This document shows positions 37,359 through 47,381 of a DNA stretch of 64,000 bases, one piece after another. The translations under genes and the position numbers were made by a program. Each line of letters begins with the position of its first letter. Within the stretch, counting starts at the first letter, position 1. The notes beneath the pieces are model-generated. The model was not told the DNA's origin. It saw nothing but the letters and a program-made list of their open reading frames with translations, and searched no databases. The DNA is from a virus, in the IMG/VR virus record IMGVR_UViG_3300037485_001992, positions 2,885 through 66,884 of that record; one strand, written 5' to 3'.

Positions 37359-39070
37359 CAGCGCCTCCCCGTTCGTCGAGATTGCGAGATGGCGTTACTC
37401 CTGCAGGAAAAATCTTTTTGTATCATCACACCCAGCTTCCGCCCCGCCGTGTCACCCTTCAGGTCGACCATCATCTCTTTCAAGATTGCTGTCACCTCTG
37501 CGTCTGTCTCATTGAGTGCAGACTTTGCTACGAGGGAAGCCCATTCAACAAGGATTTGGTGGTAGGGTGCGGGGAGAATCGGAATGCCTGTACCGAACCC
37601 GTACACCACCACATCTCCTACCGCCACATCGTAATCGTGATCATAAGCGTCAGGGTCATTCGTCGTGACGGCTGGCTTCTGCGCGATGGCAAAGGGTGAG
37701 CTGCCTGAGGCTCGCAAGGTGAGCTGGGCCGCGTTGGTCGAGGAGAGTTCGGTGATGGCTGGGAAGCCCGTTCCCACGTTCAAAGCAGGGTATTGGTAGA
37801 GCGTTGCGTTGCCCGCTCCACCCCACACTCCAGCAAGCGCAGAGATAAGCACCACGAGCGTGTTGGCGCCAGTCGGTATGCACTTGAGGGTTCCTGTGAG
37901 ATTGGCGTCTGCCGTGGCTGCAAACGTGATTTTCGTGACGCGCCCGACCGTGAGTCCATGGGGAGCGGCGAGAGTCACATTCACCACAGGCTGCGTGAGG
38001 TACGTTCCGTTCGCTGCAGCTGCGAGGTTGATAGTGAACGTCGCCCCAGGAGGGCTCGGGTAGCGGTCGACGAATGTGGGGACGAGAGTGTCATCCACCC
38101 ACGAGATGCTGTTTGCAGAGATGGCAGTCACGACCACCCGCCGAGTCGTCGTATCGACAGGAATCGTGTACTCGGGTGGGTCATAGAAGTTCGTATCATC
38201 AACAAGCGTATCGACAATATTGTACGTGTCGCCTTCCGTCACATCGAGAGACGCTTCAATCGTGTCGCCCAGCGCGATACCTTCCACCGTATCAGTTGTC
38301 GTGATGGTGACGGTTTTCGTAGCCACCACATAGTCAACTTTCGACACGGCATACGAATAGCACTTCGTTATGGCCTGACCAAAGTATTCAGAAATCCCAA
38401 TCGCTTTCCCAAGCGTGATAACTCTTTCGCCTAACGTATCGTCATACGTTCCTACGGCTTCATAAGGATAGACAGCTTTCACTTCGCCTGTCATGTAGTC
38501 GCAGATGCTCAGGAAGTTGAAATTTCGTTTCGCAAGGTTCGCTGCGAGGTACGTGTCATCCCTGTCCAAAGTGAGTTTGTCACCTTCAAAATCGAGGATG
38601 ATTCCCTCAACCGCAGCCAGTGGTGGGATGGCTTCTGTCACCAGGTAACGCAGTTTGCTGGGGACGATGGGAGGTGGCGCGATGACAAGCTTGTTGCGAA
38701 TTTGTGTCCACACCGAAGGCAACAACGTGCGGGCGCGCGGCGAGTCGTAACGCGACATACTCTGCGGGTCACGCCTGTCAATGGGGGTGTAGTTGAAAGG
38801 TTCGAAGCCTGTTTGCGGAGGGTTTGGAGCTTCAAGCTGCTCCACGCGCTTCCCCCAGAGATTCTTTGGGAGAGTGTAGCTTGAGAGTCCCGGGCTCACG
38901 ATGAAATATTTCCACCGCGCGTAAAGACTGTCGTTGCTTTTGACGAGATGGTTGTAGCAATACTCGTAGCCAAAGTTGAGGCGCGAGAGGATCGCCCTGT
39001 CTGTCACTGGGTCAACGTCGAATTCGAGCATCTGGTCTCGAACCTGCGCGACCATTTCATCCGTTCTCAT
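37358..39070 (-). CDS. Head-tail adaptor (tubular protein A-like) with large central insertion
   Basis: N-terminal helices (VAQVRD...ILSRLNFGY), YTLP, LVIAPPP and C-terminal LPAPYHQILVEWA. Confidence 0.7.
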   Translation of the reverse strand: MRTDEMVAQVRDQMLEFDVDPVTDRAILSRLNFGYEYCYNHLVKSNDSLYARWKYFIVSPGLSSYTLPKNLWGKRVEQLEAPNPPQTGFEPFNYTPIDRRDPQSMSRYDSPRARTLLPSVWTQIRNKLVIAPPPIVPSKLRYLVTEAIPPLAAVEGIILDFEGDKLTLDRDDTYLAANLAKRNFNFLSICDYMTGEVKAVYPYEAVGTYDDTLGERVITLGKAIGISEYFGQAITKCYSYAVSKVDYVVATKTVTITTTDTVEGIALGDTIEASLDVTEGDTYNIVDTLVDDTNFYDPPEYTIPVDTTTRRVVVTAISANSISWVDDTLVPTFVDRYPSPPGATFTINLAAAANGTYLTQPVVNVTLAAPHGLTVGRVTKITFAATADANLTGTLKCIPTGANTLVVLISALAGVWGGAGNATLYQYPALNVGTGFPAITELSSTNAAQLTLRASGSSPFAIAQKPAVTTNDPDAYDHDYDVAVGDVVVYGFGTGIPILPAPYHQILVEWASLVAKSALNETDAEVTAILKEMMVDLKGDTAGRKLGVMIQKDFSCRSNAISQSRRTGRR

Positions 39071-39082
39071 AAGTGTCTCCTA

Positions 39083-39125
39083 GAAATGAAGAAGCCTCCC
39101 AGACTCATGCGAATCTGGGAGGCTT
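39083..39125 (-). terminator. Rho-independent terminator after the capsid genes
   Basis: 12-bp perfect stem AAGCCTCCCAGA/TCTGGGAGGCTT (39092-39125) followed on minus by CTTCATTTCT. Confidence 0.75.
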
Positions 39126-39148
39126 GCCTGCACGATGGAATGCTGGAA

Positions 39149-39481
39149 TCAATACTTCTTGCCAGCCATTTTGCTCATCGCTGCAGGGACTGCGCCGCCA
39201 CCGCCACCCGGTTCAAGACTCTCTTCTTCCGGGGTTTCAGCCCCGGCCAGAGGTTCGGCCTCCCCTTCGCTACCTGCGTCGAGGATAGCACGGACCTGGT
39301 CAAGTTTCGCCGGATCCACACTGTAACCTGCGGCTTGGAGAGCCTCAGCCAGAGGGTCTTGTTCCTCCATGCCTTCTTCCCCGAACATTGCATCAAAGTC
39401 CCCGGGACCGGGAGCAGGAGCCCCGGCTGGGTCAGCAGGCTTGTCGCCACCTGCAAGAAAACTGTCTAGGGCCTTCTTCAC
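39149..39481 (-). CDS. Small acidic hypothetical protein
   Basis: AAAGGAG SD; lies between the capsid-associated gene and the terminator. Confidence 0.65.
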   Translation of the reverse strand: MKKALDSFLAGGDKPADPAGAPAPGPGDFDAMFGEEGMEEQDPLAEALQAAGYSVDPAKLDQVRAILDAGSEGEAEPLAGAETPEEESLEPGGGGGAVPAAMSKMAGKKY

Positions 39482-39495
39482 GTTTCAGTCTCCTT

Positions 39496-40374
39496 TCAGA
39501 CGTTGGGCGAATACCAGATGATGTCATCAATGGCGAGTCCAACGGGGTCATGGGTTGCAACGACATACGCTGCCTGGTGCATGACGCGCCCAGCAATTTG
39601 CATGTCGGTGACGGCTGCAGGAACGACGTAAGAACCAAACGGTCTTCCGTCAAGCTCAAGGAGCATGTTGCGAGACGTGCTGTCGTACTCAAACGTCACG
39701 ACAAAGTCTCCCGTGGGGAGGATCTTTGTTGCAAGCAGAGTCGCTGTGGTCGATACGCTGTAAGAACGAATCGTACTCTCAGCAATCGTGAAGTGCACAC
39801 CGGCTGCGTTCATCACGGCAGTCGGGTCAACGCCGAGGGCTCCACCAATGACGCCAAACTCTGAAGAGCCGATGGTCTCAAGGGTAGAAGCGTTACGAGC
39901 GTAGGACACATGCACGCAGAGCTTCCACGAGCGGCTCATGGAGATGGGTGCGAGATTTCCTTGGTCAAGCAGGATTTGGGCTGCGTCGACCACGTCTGCC
40001 AGCTGCATCCTGAGGATGCCTCGGGCGGCTGTGTCGAGGGTGGTGATTTCCGCGATTCCCGTGGTGGAAGCAGCGATGGCTGCAGCCGTCACTGAGCCAA
40101 TCCGCAGACGGAAGGGGCTGTGCTTGAGCCAGTAGGCCACGGGAGTTGCGAGGTCGCCACCCGCAGAGGCAGCAACGAACTTCGCGATGCTGTGGGTCGT
40201 GGCGCCTGCGATGATGGCATCAGGAAACAGAAGCTCTTGCGAGAATCCTGTGCAGATGCCGTTGAAGGTTCCTGCGAGCATGTCACCCGCATAGGTCTGG
40301 CCACCCGTCGCATGGGTCATGTGCCTGTCCCATGCGTCGATGTCGCCTTGCTTGAAAAACAACTTTCTTGCCAT
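39496..40374 (-). CDS. Putative capsid decoration/accessory protein
   Basis: Start MARKL with AAAGGAG SD, directly after the capsid gene; beta-rich. Confidence 0.65.
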   Translation of the reverse strand: MARKLFFKQGDIDAWDRHMTHATGGQTYAGDMLAGTFNGICTGFSQELLFPDAIIAGATTHSIAKFVAASAGGDLATPVAYWLKHSPFRLRIGSVTAAAIAASTTGIAEITTLDTAARGILRMQLADVVDAAQILLDQGNLAPISMSRSWKLCVHVSYARNASTLETIGSSEFGVIGGALGVDPTAVMNAAGVHFTIAESTIRSYSVSTTATLLATKILPTGDFVVTFEYDSTSRNMLLELDGRPFGSYVVPAAVTDMQIAGRVMHQAAYVVATHDPVGLAIDDIIWYSPNV

Positions 40375-40406
40375 GTTGCGTTTTCTCCTTTCTGTGTTGA
40401 GTTTTG

Positions 40407-42056
40407 TTACAACACAGACGTTTTGAAGTTCGTGATAACACCGCAACGCCGCAGACCCTTGACGCTCATCTCTCCGCAAACGGTCGCGTAAGCTTCATTG
40501 ATGTTCACGCGCTGGCCGTTTTGGATGCTGAGAAATTCCTTCTGCCCACCGACTTCGACAGATTCAATCTTGCCGTCGTGGAGGGTGATTGCCTTGTTCG
40601 CAATCGTGAAGAGCCGGTCACGCCGCATGACGGAGTGAGCTTCCAGCTGGAATTTCTTTCCACCAAAAGAGATGTACTTCGCGCCATCTTCGCCCCGGAT
40701 GCCCTGGCCTTCGGTGATGCGCCGGTCATTTTCAGACAGGGCGACCATGTTGCTGTACGTGATGGGGTTCATGAGACACGTGGACCAGTCGGTCGCAATC
40801 TTGCGGTTACGGGAGTGGTGCTGAGCGAGAAATGCGTACAGGGTGTTGAACGTCATGTCCTTGCCGCCGTTGTCCTTGATGGTCGGGAGATACTGCATGA
40901 CGGAAGCGCGGTTGATGTTGTGAACCGTGTTGGAGCTGTTGAGCAGCAGAGTCTCAAGACCAGTCAAGATACCATCATTGATGGTGGAGATGTCCGTGGT
41001 GTTGGCCCATCCGATCCCGATCTGGAGTCGAGCAGCAGCCTGCGACTCAGCCACATACTGGGGATGGATGAGAGATGCGTAGTGAGCAGTCTCGCCACCA
41101 AGGATGAGGTTGAGGTCGTTGATCTGTGCGCCAAACACAGTATCCGTTGCGACGGCCAGATAGTCTGCGGAGCGGCCACGGAAGGGAGTCACAGTCACTG
41201 CGCCCGTACCAGAAGCAACCCACTCAGAGTCTTGCGAGAAGGCTCCATTGTCAGTTCCAACCGTGGTGGAGTAGCGGCCAGGCATACAGTGGATGGCGTC
41301 ATCTTCTTGGTCGACTTTCACAACGCGGAATGCGTCAAAGGCGCGAGCCGTACCAGCGCCAGCATCTTCGAACGAGAAGGAGACGAAACGCACACGGCTG
41401 TTGGCCGCAGTCACTTCATCAGCGCCGTCGTCGTTGAGGTCTCTATCACCATAAATCACAGAGACCATCGAACCTTCGAGGAACCATGCAGCGCAGCCTG
41501 CGGAAGTCGTGGTGCTTCCAAGCTTAATCTTCATGGGGGTTGTCACGTCAGCGATGGTGAACGTGGCGCCAGCAGCAGTTTCAGCAGCGCCGAAACCAAC
41601 GGGCACGCCTTGACGGCCCGTGCCGTCACCCATCATCTGTAACACCATGAAGGACTTCTGGAACATGTTCTTCATGAGAAATTCTTGCTTTGCATTCTCG
41701 ATGTACGCTTGTGCCTGCGTCTTCGAGAGCTTCTGGTGGAAGCGTTCGAACTGGTAGGTGAAGGTCTGGTATTTAGGATAGACCTTGCCCAGAATGTTAC
41801 GGGTCTTGTCCCCAGGCGAGAAGCGGCCAGACTGTTGGGCGATTCGTCCAAACGCGCCACCACCGGCATCCACATTGAGGGAATAGCGAACTTCCTGTCC
41901 CCAATCGGCGGAAGCGTGATCGATGACGGCTTCGAGAGAGTCCTCCACTTCAGCCCAAAGCGGATCAATTCCGTTCTCCTGAATAATCTTGAGCAACTCA
42001 GTCAAGGAAAAAGAAGTGCTATTGGGAAACACAACTGCTTGTGGTGAAACTACCAT
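40407..42056 (-). CDS. Major capsid protein (HK97-type fold inferred) with large insertion domain
   Basis: Follows portal and scaffold; MMGDGTG, LTGLETLL..NINRA, CLMNPITY and terminal RRCGVITN patterns typical of podoviral capsids. Confidence 0.85.
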   Translation of the reverse strand: MVVSPQAVVFPNSTSFSLTELLKIIQENGIDPLWAEVEDSLEAVIDHASADWGQEVRYSLNVDAGGGAFGRIAQQSGRFSPGDKTRNILGKVYPKYQTFTYQFERFHQKLSKTQAQAYIENAKQEFLMKNMFQKSFMVLQMMGDGTGRQGVPVGFGAAETAAGATFTIADVTTPMKIKLGSTTTSAGCAAWFLEGSMVSVIYGDRDLNDDGADEVTAANSRVRFVSFSFEDAGAGTARAFDAFRVVKVDQEDDAIHCMPGRYSTTVGTDNGAFSQDSEWVASGTGAVTVTPFRGRSADYLAVATDTVFGAQINDLNLILGGETAHYASLIHPQYVAESQAAARLQIGIGWANTTDISTINDGILTGLETLLLNSSNTVHNINRASVMQYLPTIKDNGGKDMTFNTLYAFLAQHHSRNRKIATDWSTCLMNPITYSNMVALSENDRRITEGQGIRGEDGAKYISFGGKKFQLEAHSVMRRDRLFTIANKAITLHDGKIESVEVGGQKEFLSIQNGQRVNINEAYATVCGEMSVKGLRRCGVITNFKTSVL

Positions 42057-42088
42057 TTCTTGTTACCTCTTGATTTTTGATTTGGTTT

Positions 42089-42311
42089 GCAACGCGACAG
42101 AGGACTATCACCGAAAGAAAATAACTCCCGACTCATCAGCCTCTTTCCGACCTGGGGAAAGAATTGCCGAGAAGTGTTCATCACCTCTTGCAGCCCTTGG
42201 TCAAAGCTCACCAAAGCAATGCTCCGACCGAAGTCGGATGATCGATTGATTGGGTGTTGCCTGTGCATGGTTTCTCCTTGTCTCACAGATCACTGTACCG
42301 AGTCGCGTTAC
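42089..42311 (-). ncRNA. Candidate structured RNA (~220 nt) in the capsid gene leader
   Basis: Closing helix GUAACGCGAC/GUCGCGUUGC, C(UUCG)G hairpin UCCGAC-UUCG-GUCGGA and about five more stems. Confidence 0.65.
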
Positions 42312-42337
42312 TTTTTTCAAGGTCCCGTTCTTTTCGG

Positions 42338-42366
42338 TTGACAAGGGAAACGTGTTGCGATAACGC
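42338..42366 (+). promoter_or_regulatory. Sigma70-like promoter of the homing endonuclease gene
   Basis: TTGACA-N17-TAACGC, 24 nt before the start codon. Confidence 0.5.
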
Positions 42367-42390
42367 TAAAATCGAGAAGGAAAGGTTGGT

Positions 42391-43887
42391 GTGCAAGTGT
42401 ACAAGATTCATGAATGTTGGGAAGTTATTAGTGACAACTGTATGGTGGGTACGAAGCCCAGACGTCATTTTCACTTGAAATGCAAAGAGTGTGGCGCAGA
42501 AGTCTACCGTACCACGACTCACATGAAGTCGAAACCCAATAGCCCATGCAAGTGTGTATCCCATAAGGGAATTACGGGGAGGAGGTTGGCAAAGTACACG
42601 TTTGAAACTAGGCAAGAAGTTAACGGGTGGCGCATCCTTCGTGAGACAAAAGATAAGTTTGGTCAAAGTGTTCTTGAGTGCGTCTGTACAACTTGTGATA
42701 AGTTGCAGCACAAACAGTACCACGAGATAGGGAAAATGGTGTGTCGTTGCCACTCACGAGAGAAGGCAGCTGCGACAACCCTTGCGAGGTACGGAGTAGA
42801 CAATGCTTTCAAGCTTGCATCTATAAGAGACAAGCAACGCTCTCCTACAACGCAGAAGAAAGCAGAAGCCTCCCGTGTGAAGACGAACCTGGAACGGTTT
42901 GGCGTCACCAACTGGGCAAAGACTGACGCAGCAAGACTGCAGCGCCACAAGCAACACCTCCTCTACACGATTGCTGGTCAGCCGCTGATTGAGTGGTGCA
43001 AGACGCAGGATATTTCCTACACAGCCTCGTGCCGAGTTTTCAAGCTTTATGGGGAAGAGAAGTTTCTTGACTGGGCGAAGAATGTGAAGAACGGAAATTC
43101 CTCGCTTGAGATGTTCTTCATAAAGCACGTGCTCCCTGAAGCAACTCAGCACAACAAGCGTCTTCCTGGTGCGAACATTCGTCCCGATTTTAAACTATCG
43201 GACAAGATTTTCGTTGAGTGTGATGGTCTCTACTTCCACTCAGAAGTGAAGTACCCCGAGAAGAACTGGCACGCTGACCGAAGGAGGATTTACGAGTCTC
43301 TCGGGTACCGAGTTTACATGTTTCGTGAGGACGAGATATTTTACAAACCAGAGATTGTGAGAAGCATCCTTGACGGAGCGTTAGGAAAGTCAAAGAAGAT
43401 TGATGCACGGAAGTGTGTCTTGCGACGAGCGAAGAAGCCAGAGTCAAATGAGTTCCTCTTGAAGAACCATTTGATGGGGAAAGATGCACCCACCACACGA
43501 GCGGCGGTGCTTGAGTACGAAGGAGAGGCCGTGGCAATAATGACAGTGAGGATGAAGGGTGGGGAGATGGAGATTGCCAGGTTCTGTCCGATGCTTGGCT
43601 GCAACATCCGTGGCGGATTCTCCCGCCTTCTCTCGTACTGGAAGAAGAAGCTTCTTCCCCAGTCCATCATTTCTTTTTGCGACCTGCGCTACGGGGATGG
43701 CCACTCTTACGAGAAGCTTGGGTTTCACATGGAGAGCGAAGCGGTCTCGTTCAAGTGGACAAACGGGAGAGAAACTTTCCACCGCCTCCGTTGTGTGTCG
43801 CCTGTGGAGGCTAAGGAGAAAGGGTGGTTTCGGATTTGGGATGCAGGGCAACGCAAGTACAGGCTAGATATTGCTTTCGTACTTTAA
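42391..43887 (+). mobile_element. Free-standing homing endonuclease gene (Hef-like; Vsr/DUF559-type nuclease)
   Basis: N-terminal CxxC domains, TLARYGVDN/TNLERFGVTN repeats, RPDF..IFVECDGLYFHSE..MFREDE, KIDARKC, GGFSRLL, ISFCDLRY, RIWDAG; antisense between scaffold and capsid. Confidence 0.85.
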
Positions 43888-44993
43888 TTGCGGAGTTTCA
43901 TTTTGCCTTGACCAACCATATCACTGAATCGGTCAAAGACGCTTGCTGCCGTCACAGGTCCAGTCTGAACTGGTCCCTGTCTTGCGTTCGCCGCTGCGCT
44001 TGAAATTCCTCCACGTAATGCGTTTGTCGACTCGTTCTTCTTGTTCTCTAAAGCTCGTCCAGCCTCCCTCTTCATTTGCGAGGGACTTTTTGCGTGGACG
44101 GCAGGAGCCAAGAGAGCTTCGAGCCACTGACTCATTTCGCGGAACGTAACTTTCACCCCAGCGTCAAGTTTTGCCTTGGCCCGAGCAACAACAGATTCCA
44201 TCGCAATCTTGACCGACTCCCGATACTCGACCGGGATCTTTTTCGTCCAAGAATCGACTTCCTTGTTGCGCCACTGGTCGAACTTTGCCTTCTCTGTCTT
44301 TTGGGTCTGCTCCTCTTTCTCTTGGAGGAGTTTCGCCCTGTCTGCTTCCAAATCTTTGTTGCCTTGGATGATGCGCTGCGCCTCACGGACACGCATCTCT
44401 TTCTCGCGTTCGTCCTTGCTCATTTCCGCGAGTTTCTTGTAGTCCTGATAAGCTTCATAAACCCAATTAGCCATGACCTCTTCAGGTATGAGTTCTTCGC
44501 GCAGCAAGTTGAGGAGACCCGCAGGGTCCTCCGTCTGCATCTTCAAAAAGTCCTGCGCGTACTGCAGGTCTTCCGTCACTGATGCTTTCCAGTCCTGAAT
44601 CTCTTTGTATGCCTGGTAAAGCGCAGGAGCCGCTTCACCTTGCGCGATGACACGGTTGAGGTCTTTCTCCGTTTCGTATTTCTTCGCGACTTCTTGCCCA
44701 AGTACCTTACCCTTGAACTCGTAAGGCTTGAACGCAGCCGGTGCTTCTGCAGGTTTCTCTCCACCCTCGGGTGCAAGCGCGTCAGGAGACAACTCGTCAG
44801 AAGCTTCATCTGTCTCTTCTGTTTCGTTTGTGCCTTCCGTCCCCTGTTCATCCGTCGTGCCAACATCCTCTTCATCGTCACCGAAGAATTGGTCACGGGC
44901 CGCGTCGAAGAAACCCTCTGCGGTCGTGGGCATCGTGGGTGCGCTCGTCCCTGCGTCTGCAGCTCCTGCCGGTGTCGTATCTGTCTCTGCCAT
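43884..44993 (-). CDS. Capsid scaffolding protein
   Basis: Acidic N-terminus and coiled coils; between portal and capsid. Confidence 0.75.
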   Translation of the reverse strand: MAETDTTPAGAADAGTSAPTMPTTAEGFFDAARDQFFGDDEEDVGTTDEQGTEGTNETEETDEASDELSPDALAPEGGEKPAEAPAAFKPYEFKGKVLGQEVAKKYETEKDLNRVIAQGEAAPALYQAYKEIQDWKASVTEDLQYAQDFLKMQTEDPAGLLNLLREELIPEEVMANWVYEAYQDYKKLAEMSKDEREKEMRVREAQRIIQGNKDLEADRAKLLQEKEEQTQKTEKAKFDQWRNKEVDSWTKKIPVEYRESVKIAMESVVARAKAKLDAGVKVTFREMSQWLEALLAPAVHAKSPSQMKREAGRALENKKNESTNALRGGISSAAANARQGPVQTGPVTAASVFDRFSDMVGQGKMKLRN

Positions 44994-45031
44994 TCGTCTA
45001 GCTCCTTGCTATGATTATTACGTTACAGTAT

Positions 45032-47059
45032 TCACCCAGCGTTTGGCAATGGCGCAATCGCCATCGGTTCGGGCTGAGCGGGGTTTCCAGGCTCTTGGGG
45101 CGCGTTTGTCGGTGCTCCTGCGCCCTCAGCATCCTTCGCTCCCGCAATCGGTGTGGGAGCGCCTTGCTGCTGCGCTTCGGCTTCAAGTTTCGCGATGGCT
45201 TGTTTATGTTCGTTGGAGTGGTCAAGGATAGCCTTCTTCGACTCAGGCGGCAGACTCTCGAAAAATTTCTTCTGCATGAATTCGGCACAAGCGGCGTAGT
45301 GGGTAAGATGTTCGTGCCACTCCTGCACAGGAACATTCTCTCCCTCGATCATCCGCATGAATTCTTCTTCTTGGACGCGTTTCGCTTGGTCGAACAAATC
45401 CTTTATGTCGAGCATATCGCCGTCCACAAGGATGGTGACGAGCTTTTGGTAGTTTCCTCCTGCCTTTTCAAAGATACCTTGTTTCACGATGTCGAGAATC
45501 TGTTGCTTGCGCGCGTAGGGGTCAATGGGCATGTAGGGTCCGAAGTCGACGAAGATTCCGTAGTCACCAGCAAGGTCACTTCCTTTGAAGAACTCAAAAT
45601 TGTGTGACTCTTCTTTGCCACACACACGAAACATTCTCTCTTCTGAAGCGTACTGAACGAGATTCGAGATGCTCTGTTCGTAACAACGCTTGAGCAGCCG
45701 TTTCTTCTTGTTGAAGAGGCGAATCTTGCGCTTGTCACCTTGCTCGATGGCAAGCTGCACGGCGAAGGAAGAAAGTTCCCGGTTAATTTCTCCCCTGTCA
45801 AATTCGTTGGAGCCATAGAGTTGGTCGATTTCTGACCCGAGCAAAGTGTGCAGCCGCCAAATATCTGTCGTCACATTGCTTGGCGAGAGATAGACCGGCT
45901 TCTCGCCCAGAGCCGCATTGTAGGGGATGCGGATTGCCGGATGATTCGATGACATGTCGTCTGAGGTGGCGCCTTCGGGCCAGAGGAGACGGATATTTCC
46001 ATGCAACTCTATGTTTGCTATGACCTGCATGAACATCTGGTTGATTGCCTCTTGCGCTGGGAGCGCAACCACAGCACGCGAAAGCCCATACGGGTCGTCC
46101 GGCACATCAATATCTGTGAGAACGCTGTAGGGAAGCTGCTTGTGGGCATAGGGATTTGGGTTTCGCGAAAGGATTTCGACCTGGTTCTCTTCTGACTCAA
46201 CGAAGATGATGTAGGCTCCTGCCATTCCGTTCCATGGTCTTGCTCGCTCATAATACTCCCAGAAGTTGAGAGACGACGCGCGACGACGGGGTTGGTCCGC
46301 TTCCTTTTGCGAGTATTGGGTGTCGCGGCTCCGCTTCGCTTTCTCTGCTTCGAGTTCGAGGAATGCGGCCTTCTCTGGGTAGCGGTAGATGGCCTCTTCC
46401 AAAGGAATGCGATGGCGCTCCATGCACCAATCCGCGTCAATATCAAACTCTGTGGCGTTGGGGTCAATGATGAAGTCGTCAGGAGAGACGCTGCGGAACC
46501 AGAGGTCTCCTTCAAGAGTCAACTCCAACTCCTCAAGCTTCTCTGCCTGAACCGCAGCTTTGATGACTTCTGCATCCGTCGTGACGCGCCCAGCCTCTTC
46601 ATCCCAACCGTGGAACAAGATGCCCGTGCCAGGCACGGCAGTGTTGAGATAGACACCCTTCTCAAGCACGCTTGGGAGGGTGGTGGATTGGCGGATGTGC
46701 TCAACAGCTATCTGCGCGTATTGGGAAGATTTGATGGATTCAAGGTCACGGTTGAAGGGCTTGCAGGAAACAGCAGGCTCAGAGATGCAGAGTTTCGAAT
46801 GAAGCCCATACATGTTGTTGAGGACTCGCATGGAGTCGAGGGAAATCTGGTCAGCGTTGTCTTGCTGCGCGGTGGCAAGGAACGTCGCCACCATATCAGC
46901 ATCGACGCCTCCGAAACCCTTCTGCGTCACGCCTTGGTAAGTCGCGCGCGCAGCGTTCCACTCGACTCGCATTCGCTCAAGGCGCTGTTTGCCGTCTTTG
47001 AGTTTATCCGCAAGGTCAGCGCGAAGTTCCTCATCACTCCGCAAACGTATCTTAGCCAT
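45032..47059 (-). CDS. Portal protein (P22-like)
   Basis: VPGTGIL.HGWD, VSPDDFIIDPNA, ILSRNPNPY..LPY, YGLSRA...QEAIN; position after TerL. Confidence 0.85.
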   Translation of the reverse strand: MAKIRLRSDEELRADLADKLKDGKQRLERMRVEWNAARATYQGVTQKGFGGVDADMVATFLATAQQDNADQISLDSMRVLNNMYGLHSKLCISEPAVSCKPFNRDLESIKSSQYAQIAVEHIRQSTTLPSVLEKGVYLNTAVPGTGILFHGWDEEAGRVTTDAEVIKAAVQAEKLEELELTLEGDLWFRSVSPDDFIIDPNATEFDIDADWCMERHRIPLEEAIYRYPEKAAFLELEAEKAKRSRDTQYSQKEADQPRRRASSLNFWEYYERARPWNGMAGAYIIFVESEENQVEILSRNPNPYAHKQLPYSVLTDIDVPDDPYGLSRAVVALPAQEAINQMFMQVIANIELHGNIRLLWPEGATSDDMSSNHPAIRIPYNAALGEKPVYLSPSNVTTDIWRLHTLLGSEIDQLYGSNEFDRGEINRELSSFAVQLAIEQGDKRKIRLFNKKKRLLKRCYEQSISNLVQYASEERMFRVCGKEESHNFEFFKGSDLAGDYGIFVDFGPYMPIDPYARKQQILDIVKQGIFEKAGGNYQKLVTILVDGDMLDIKDLFDQAKRVQEEEFMRMIEGENVPVQEWHEHLTHYAACAEFMQKKFFESLPPESKKAILDHSNEHKQAIAKLEAEAQQQGAPTPIAGAKDAEGAGAPTNAPQEPGNPAQPEPMAIAPLPNAG

Positions 47060-47063
47060 GGTG

Positions 47064-47381
47064 TCACCTCAAGTTTCGGTTTTGGAGCGCAGCAATCCGT
47101 GCAGCACTCGCGCGTGTCGCGTCCTTGGCAGTTTTCTTGACGTTCTCAACGAACATGTGGGTTTGTTCGACGATGGGTGCAGTGACGTCGAGGTCTTTAC
47201 GAAGCTTCTCACACTTTCTGTAAAGCTCATTTGCTTGCGTTTCGAGTTCTGCGATTCGGTGGGATAGGCTGACAGTGACTGACTCCCAATCATCCACCCG
47301 AGCCATCGCTTTGCTTAGCCAGAACGCCATCACAATGACGGCGACTATCAGGAATACTATGAACACCCAAGCGTAAATCAT
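47064..47381 (-). CDS. Membrane-anchored coiled-coil protein
   Basis: N-terminal TM segment followed by coiled coil. Confidence 0.65.
   Translation of the reverse strand: MIYAWVFIVFLIVAVIVMAFWLSKAMARVDDWESVTVSLSHRIAELETQANELYRKCEKLRKDLDVTAPIVEQTHMFVENVKKTAKDATRASAARIAALQNRNLR

Noticed and set aside
39496-40479. T7 10B-like frameshift extension of the capsid
   Set aside because: The downstream frame is open across the capsid end, but there is no slippery heptamer and the gene has its own strong SD and ATG at 40374.
24638-41642. Long + strand ORFs such as 24638..25897 and 40404..41642
   Set aside because: Antisense shadows of well-supported minus-strand genes, with no motifs.
42131-42150. 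Hammerhead ribozyme core (CUGAUGAG on minus)
   Set aside because: I could not place GAAA, stem III and a UH cleavage site in valid geometry.
42057-43887. Group I intron carrying the endonuclease
   Set aside because: The scaffold and capsid ORFs are complete, the endonuclease is antisense and no P7 consensus was recognised.
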